This document shows positions 60,359 through 64,000 of a stretch of 64,000 nucleotides of DNA, piece after piece (position 1 is the first letter of the stretch; each line of letters opens with the position of its first letter). The position numbers were made by a program, and so were the translations under genes. The stretch comes from Candidatus Cloacimonadales bacterium. Lineage in GTDB: Bacteria > Cloacimonadota > Cloacimonadia > Cloacimonadales > JAFGVF01. The notes under the pieces were generated by a model. It was not told the DNA's origin and did not search any database. It saw only the letters and a list, made by a program, of their open reading frames with translations. Where the stretch lies: assembly GCA_963678315.1 (NCBI GenBank), contig OY782781.1, positions 1,984,001 to 2,048,000 of the forward strand. The letters run 5' to 3'.

Positions 60359-60387
60359 TTGACACAGTAATTACAAATAAATATTGT
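60359..60387 (+). promoter_or_regulatory. Sigma70-type promoter of mutAB
   Basis: TTGACA-N17-TATTGT, followed by an inverted repeat cattaat..attaatg near 60397-60420. Confidence 0.5.
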
Positions 60388-60451
60388 CTTATAAATCATT
60401 AATTGATGTGATTATTAATGTTAAATAACATAAAAATCAGGGAGTTAGCTT

Positions 60452-62587
60452 ATGGATAAGGCTCAAGCTAAGCCAAATGAAAAGCTTTTAACTGAATTTG
60501 ATGTTCCTAGTTATGAGGAATGGAAAGTTGTAGTTGAGAGTCTGTTAAAGGGTAAGCCGTTTGAAAAAGCGATGTTTACTAAGACATATGAAGATATAGT
60601 GTTACAACCTATCTATCGTATGGAAGATGTTGCAGAACTTGAACACATGAAGAAGCTTCCAGGGGAAGACGGTAATCCACGTTCACCAAAAACTAGTGGT
60701 TACTTAAACAACTCTTGGTCAGTTGGACAAGAACAAACAGATTATTTACCATCAGAAGTAAATAAATCTTTACTAGAAGAACTTTCTAGGGGAATTACAA
60801 AAGTTAATTTGAGAGCAGATGATGCTTCAAGAAATGGTAAAAATCCTCACAAATTAGAAGGTGTTAAGAGATATGTAGGAACTTCTATCTCTACACTTGA
60901 AGATTTAAAAACAGTTTTAAATGGTGTGTTTATCGAAAACATCGAAGTCGACATTAACGCTGGGATTATGGCACCTGCATATCTTGGAATGTTTAAAGAA
61001 ATTGCTAAAGAAAGAAATATTGATTTTAGTCAATTAACTGGTTGTATTGGATTAGATCCAATCAACTGTTTAGCAAGTGATGGGGAGCTAAAAGTTGAGT
61101 TAAAAGAAGCTCTTAATTATATGGCTTGTATGACAGATTGGGCTGTAAAAAACAATTCAGCTATCAAAACAATCTTGATTGATACTTGTGTCTATGCAGA
61201 CCGAGGAGCCAATATAAATCAGGAGTTAGCTATTGCTCTAAATACAGCAGTTTATTATATTAATGAAATGCTTGATAGAAAACTTGCTATCCAAGATATT
61301 CTCGCTCATATTCAATTTAATTTATCAATAGGACAAAAATTCTTCTTAGAAATTGCTAAATTTAGATCATTCAGATTATTGTTTGATAATTTAGTAAAAG
61401 CCTATCAAGAAGATTTAAGTTTAACAACATATATTCATGCAATTCCATCAAAATGGAACAAAACAAAATATGACCCTTATGTGAATGTTCTTAGAACTGC
61501 TACAGAATCTTTCTCTGCAGTTTTAGGTGGCATTGACTCATTAGCAGTTTCACATTTAGATGAACTTCTTGCTAGACCTACTGCTTTCACAAGAAGAATT
61601 GCTAGAAATCAACAAATCATTCTTAATGAAGAAGCGAATCTATATAAAGTAATCGACCCTGCTGGTGGATCTTGGTATATTGAAAAGATGACTGCAGAAA
61701 TTGCTGAATCAGCTTGGGAACAATTCCAAACTTATGAAGCTGAAGGTGGAATCATTGCTTCATTAACTAATGGTATCATTCAAGATGATGTTATTGGTAT
61801 TGCTAATGAGAAAATTAAGAATGTTGCAACAAGAAAAGATGTATTTATCGGTTCAAATATGTTTGCTAACTTAGAAGAAAAAGCTATTGACTTTGATGAA
61901 GCTGATTTTGACAGTAAAATTGATTCTAGAATCAAAAAAATATACGATTTAGTTAATAATAGAGAATTAAAACAGACTTGTAATTGTGCTGGTAGCTGTG
62001 GTGGTCAATGTGATTGTTCATCAGATAGTGAAAAACATATCATAGATGATTTTGCTGAATTCTTTGTGAATGGTGGAACTATTGGTGAATGTTTCGGTAG
62101 AATGTATAGTGATTCTCATGGTATCAAAGTAGATTCTATAACTAATCAAAGAGTTACTACTGCTATTGAAGAGCTTAGAAGCTCAGTTGAATCTATGACT
62201 GAAACCCCTAAAGTTTACCTAGCAAACTTCGGTTCAATTCCAACATTCAAAGCAAGAGCTGATTTTGCTAAAGGTTTCTTTGAAGTAGGAGCTTTAGATG
62301 TTGTTACTTCTAATGGATATCAAGATATTGATTCTTTAGTAGATGCTACTATTGAAGCTAATTGTCCAAGTGTTTGTATCTGTTCAACAGACGCAAATTA
62401 TGTTGAAATTATTCCTTCTTTTGTAGCTAAATTGAAAGAGAAAGCTTTCAAAGGTAAATTGATAGTTGCTGGTTATCCTAAAGAACATGTTGAATCATTC
62501 AAAGAAGCTGGTATAGATGAGTTTATCCATGTAAGAGCTAATTGCTATGGTGTGCTCAAAAATTTACTAGAGAAGGCAGGAGAATAA
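60452..62587 (+). CDS. mutA: Methylmalonyl-CoA mutase small (beta) subunit
   Basis: 'EF...SYEEW', '[12 protein letters not shown]', '[13 protein letters not shown]...[12 protein letters not shown]', degenerate B12 domain 'ICSTD..Y..AG....GIDEFIH'; no DxHxxG. Confidence 0.92.
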   Translation: MDKAQAKPNEKLLTEFDVPSYEEWKVVVESLLKGKPFEKAMFTKTYEDIVLQPIYRMEDVAELEHMKKLPGEDGNPRSPKTSGYLNNSWSVGQEQTDYLPSEVNKSLLEELSRGITKVNLRADDASRNGKNPHKLEGVKRYVGTSISTLEDLKTVLNGVFIENIEVDINAGIMAPAYLGMFKEIAKERNIDFSQLTGCIGLDPINCLASDGELKVELKEALNYMACMTDWAVKNNSAIKTILIDTCVYADRGANINQELAIALNTAVYYINEMLDRKLAIQDILAHIQFNLSIGQKFFLEIAKFRSFRLLFDNLVKAYQEDLSLTTYIHAIPSKWNKTKYDPYVNVLRTATESFSAVLGGIDSLAVSHLDELLARPTAFTRRIARNQQIILNEEANLYKVIDPAGGSWYIEKMTAEIAESAWEQFQTYEAEGGIIASLTNGIIQDDVIGIANEKIKNVATRKDVFIGSNMFANLEEKAIDFDEADFDSKIDSRIKKIYDLVNNRELKQTCNCAGSCGGQCDCSSDSEKHIIDDFAEFFVNGGTIGECFGRMYSDSHGIKVDSITNQRVTTAIEELRSSVESMTETPKVYLANFGSIPTFKARADFAKGFFEVGALDVVTSNGYQDIDSLVDATIEANCPSVCICSTDANYVEIIPSFVAKLKEKAFKGKLIVAGYPKEHVESFKEAGIDEFIHVRANCYGVLKNLLEKAGE

Positions 62588-62588
62588 G

Positions 62589-64000
62589 ATGACTAAGAAA
62601 CCTGAATTTAAAAATGTAAATTTAAATGTTTCAACAAGCAAATCTGACTTGAATAATTGGAAAGCTAGTGTTGAAAAAGAGACAAATAAAAAATGGGACC
62701 AGCTTTTCTGGGAAACCAATGAAAAAATAAATGTAAAACCATTATATACACAAGATGATCTTGTAGATATGGAACACCTTGGCTTTATGTCTGGTATTGC
62801 TCCAAATCTTAGAGGTCCTTATGGTTCAATGTATGTAACAAGACCTTGGACTATTAGACAATATGCTGGTTTCTCTACTGCAGAAGAATCTAATGCTTTC
62901 TATAGAAGAAATCTTGCTATGGGACAAAAAGGTCTTTCTATTGCCTTTGACCTTGCTACTCATAGAGGCTACGACTCTGATCATGAAAGAGTTGTCGGTG
63001 ATGTCGGTAAAGCTGGTGTTGCTGTAGATTCTATCTTAGACATGAAGATTCTTTTTGACCAAATTCCATTAGATAAGATGTCTGTTTCAATGACTATGAA
63101 TGGTGCTGTTCTTCCTGTTCTTGCTTTTTACATTGTTGCTGCTGAAGAACAAGGTGTAAAATGGGAACAATTGACTGGTACAATTCAAAATGATATCTTA
63201 AAAGAATACATGGTTAGAAATACTTATATTTATAAACCAGAAGGCTCAATGAAGATTATTGCAGATATCTTTGAGTTTACTTCAAAGCATATGCCTAAAT
63301 TCAATTCTATTTCTATTTCAGGCTATCACATGCAAGAAGCTGGAGCTACTGCAGACCTTGAAATGGCTTACACTATAGCTGATGGTCTTCAATATATCAG
63401 AACTGGTATTGATGCAGGTATTGATATAGATAAATTTGCTCCTAGATTATCATTCTTCTGGGCTGAAGGTATGAACTATTTCATGGAAGTTGCTAAGCTA
63501 AGAGCTGCTAGACTTCTTTGGGCTAAAATAGTTAAACAATTCAATCCTAAGAATCCTAAATCTCTTGCTCTAAGAACTCACTCACAAACTTCTGGTTGGT
63601 CTTTGACAGAACAAGATCCATTCAATAACATCACTAGAACATGTGTTGAAGCTATGGCTGCGACTATGGGTCACACTCAATCACTTCACACTAATGCTCT
63701 TGACGAAGCTATTGCGCTTCCAACAGACTTCTCTGCTCGTATTGCTAGAAATACTCAGTTATTCCTACAAAATGAAACAGGTATCTGTAATGTTATCGAT
63801 CCATGGGGCGGTTCTTATTACCTAGAATCACTTACTAATGCTCTTATGCACTTAGGTTGGAATCACATCCAAGAAGTTGAAGAACTTGGTGGTATGGCTA
63901 AAGCTATCGAAACTGGTTTACCTAAACTTAGAATCGAAGAAGCTGCTGCTAGAAGACAAGCTAAAATTGACTCTGGTGTTGAAACTATTGTTGGTGTTAA
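62589..64000 (+). CDS. mutB: Methylmalonyl-CoA mutase large (alpha) subunit, truncated by the window end (absent from the ORF track)
   Basis: Read from ATG 62589: MTKKPEF...[66 protein letters not shown]; frame runs to the end of the window. Confidence 0.95.
   Translation, partial: MTKKPEFKNVNLNVSTSKSDLNNWKASVEKETNKKWDQLFWETNEKINVKPLYTQDDLVDMEHLGFMSGIAPNLRGPYGSMYVTRPWTIRQYAGFSTAEESNAFYRRNLAMGQKGLSIAFDLATHRGYDSDHERVVGDVGKAGVAVDSILDMKILFDQIPLDKMSVSMTMNGAVLPVLAFYIVAAEEQGVKWEQLTGTIQNDILKEYMVRNTYIYKPEGSMKIIADIFEFTSKHMPKFNSISISGYHMQEAGATADLEMAYTIADGLQYIRTGIDAGIDIDKFAPRLSFFWAEGMNYFMEVAKLRAARLLWAKIVKQFNPKNPKSLALRTHSQTSGWSLTEQDPFNNITRTCVEAMAATMGHTQSLHTNALDEAIALPTDFSARIARNTQLFLQNETGICNVIDPWGGSYYLESLTNALMHLGWNHIQEVEELGGMAKAIETGLPKLRIEEAAARRQAKIDSGVETIVGV

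Noticed and set aside
59590..60451. Cobalamin riboswitch upstream of mutAB
   Set aside because: gggaccgtgtgaaactc is only superficially similar; no B12-box or other core elements were found, and the region is explained by repeat modules.
63643..63825. 60-aa ORF in the track
   Set aside because: Out-of-frame shadow within the mutB coding sequence that starts at 62589.

Overview
AT-rich bacterial chromosomal window. Several secreted proteins end in a 'NYPNPFNPET...KMILMK' (FlgD-Ig / T9SS-type-A-like) sorting domain, and a C25 gingipain-like protein and lpxB are present; this suggests a diderm of the FCB group, plausibly Cloacimonadota (inference only). Housekeeping content: glmM/PMM, a PpiD/SurA-like chaperone, rpsO-pnp, ahcY, a UpxY/NusG-paralog-galE-ugd unit, tadA, a HutD-like gene, a dcw cluster (mraZ to ftsZ, with a murE-murF fusion and lpxB plus DUF374 appended), an MltD-like lytic transglycosylase and methylmalonyl-CoA mutase (mutA plus 5' part of mutB). 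Main candidate for an undescribed system: a tightly packed 8-gene minus-strand operon (58047 to 49337) behind a sigma54-type promoter. It encodes a stand-alone PqqD/RRE protein, an ATP-grasp ligase, a PLP fold-III decarboxylase whose own N-terminus carries a lasso-leader-like YxxPxI motif, a urea-transporter/M23-peptidase fusion, a TPR protein, a TPR/beta-barrel protein, a lipoprotein and a secreted repeat protein. Also notable: four copies of a modular gene-less hairpin mosaic repeat with shuffled arms; two 10-bp-phased GTCA arrays upstream of a divergent MraZ; a C25 peptidase lacking its canonical catalytic His; two tandem giant secreted paralogs; several structured intergenic elements. No rRNA, tRNA, CRISPR array or transposase gene was recognised.
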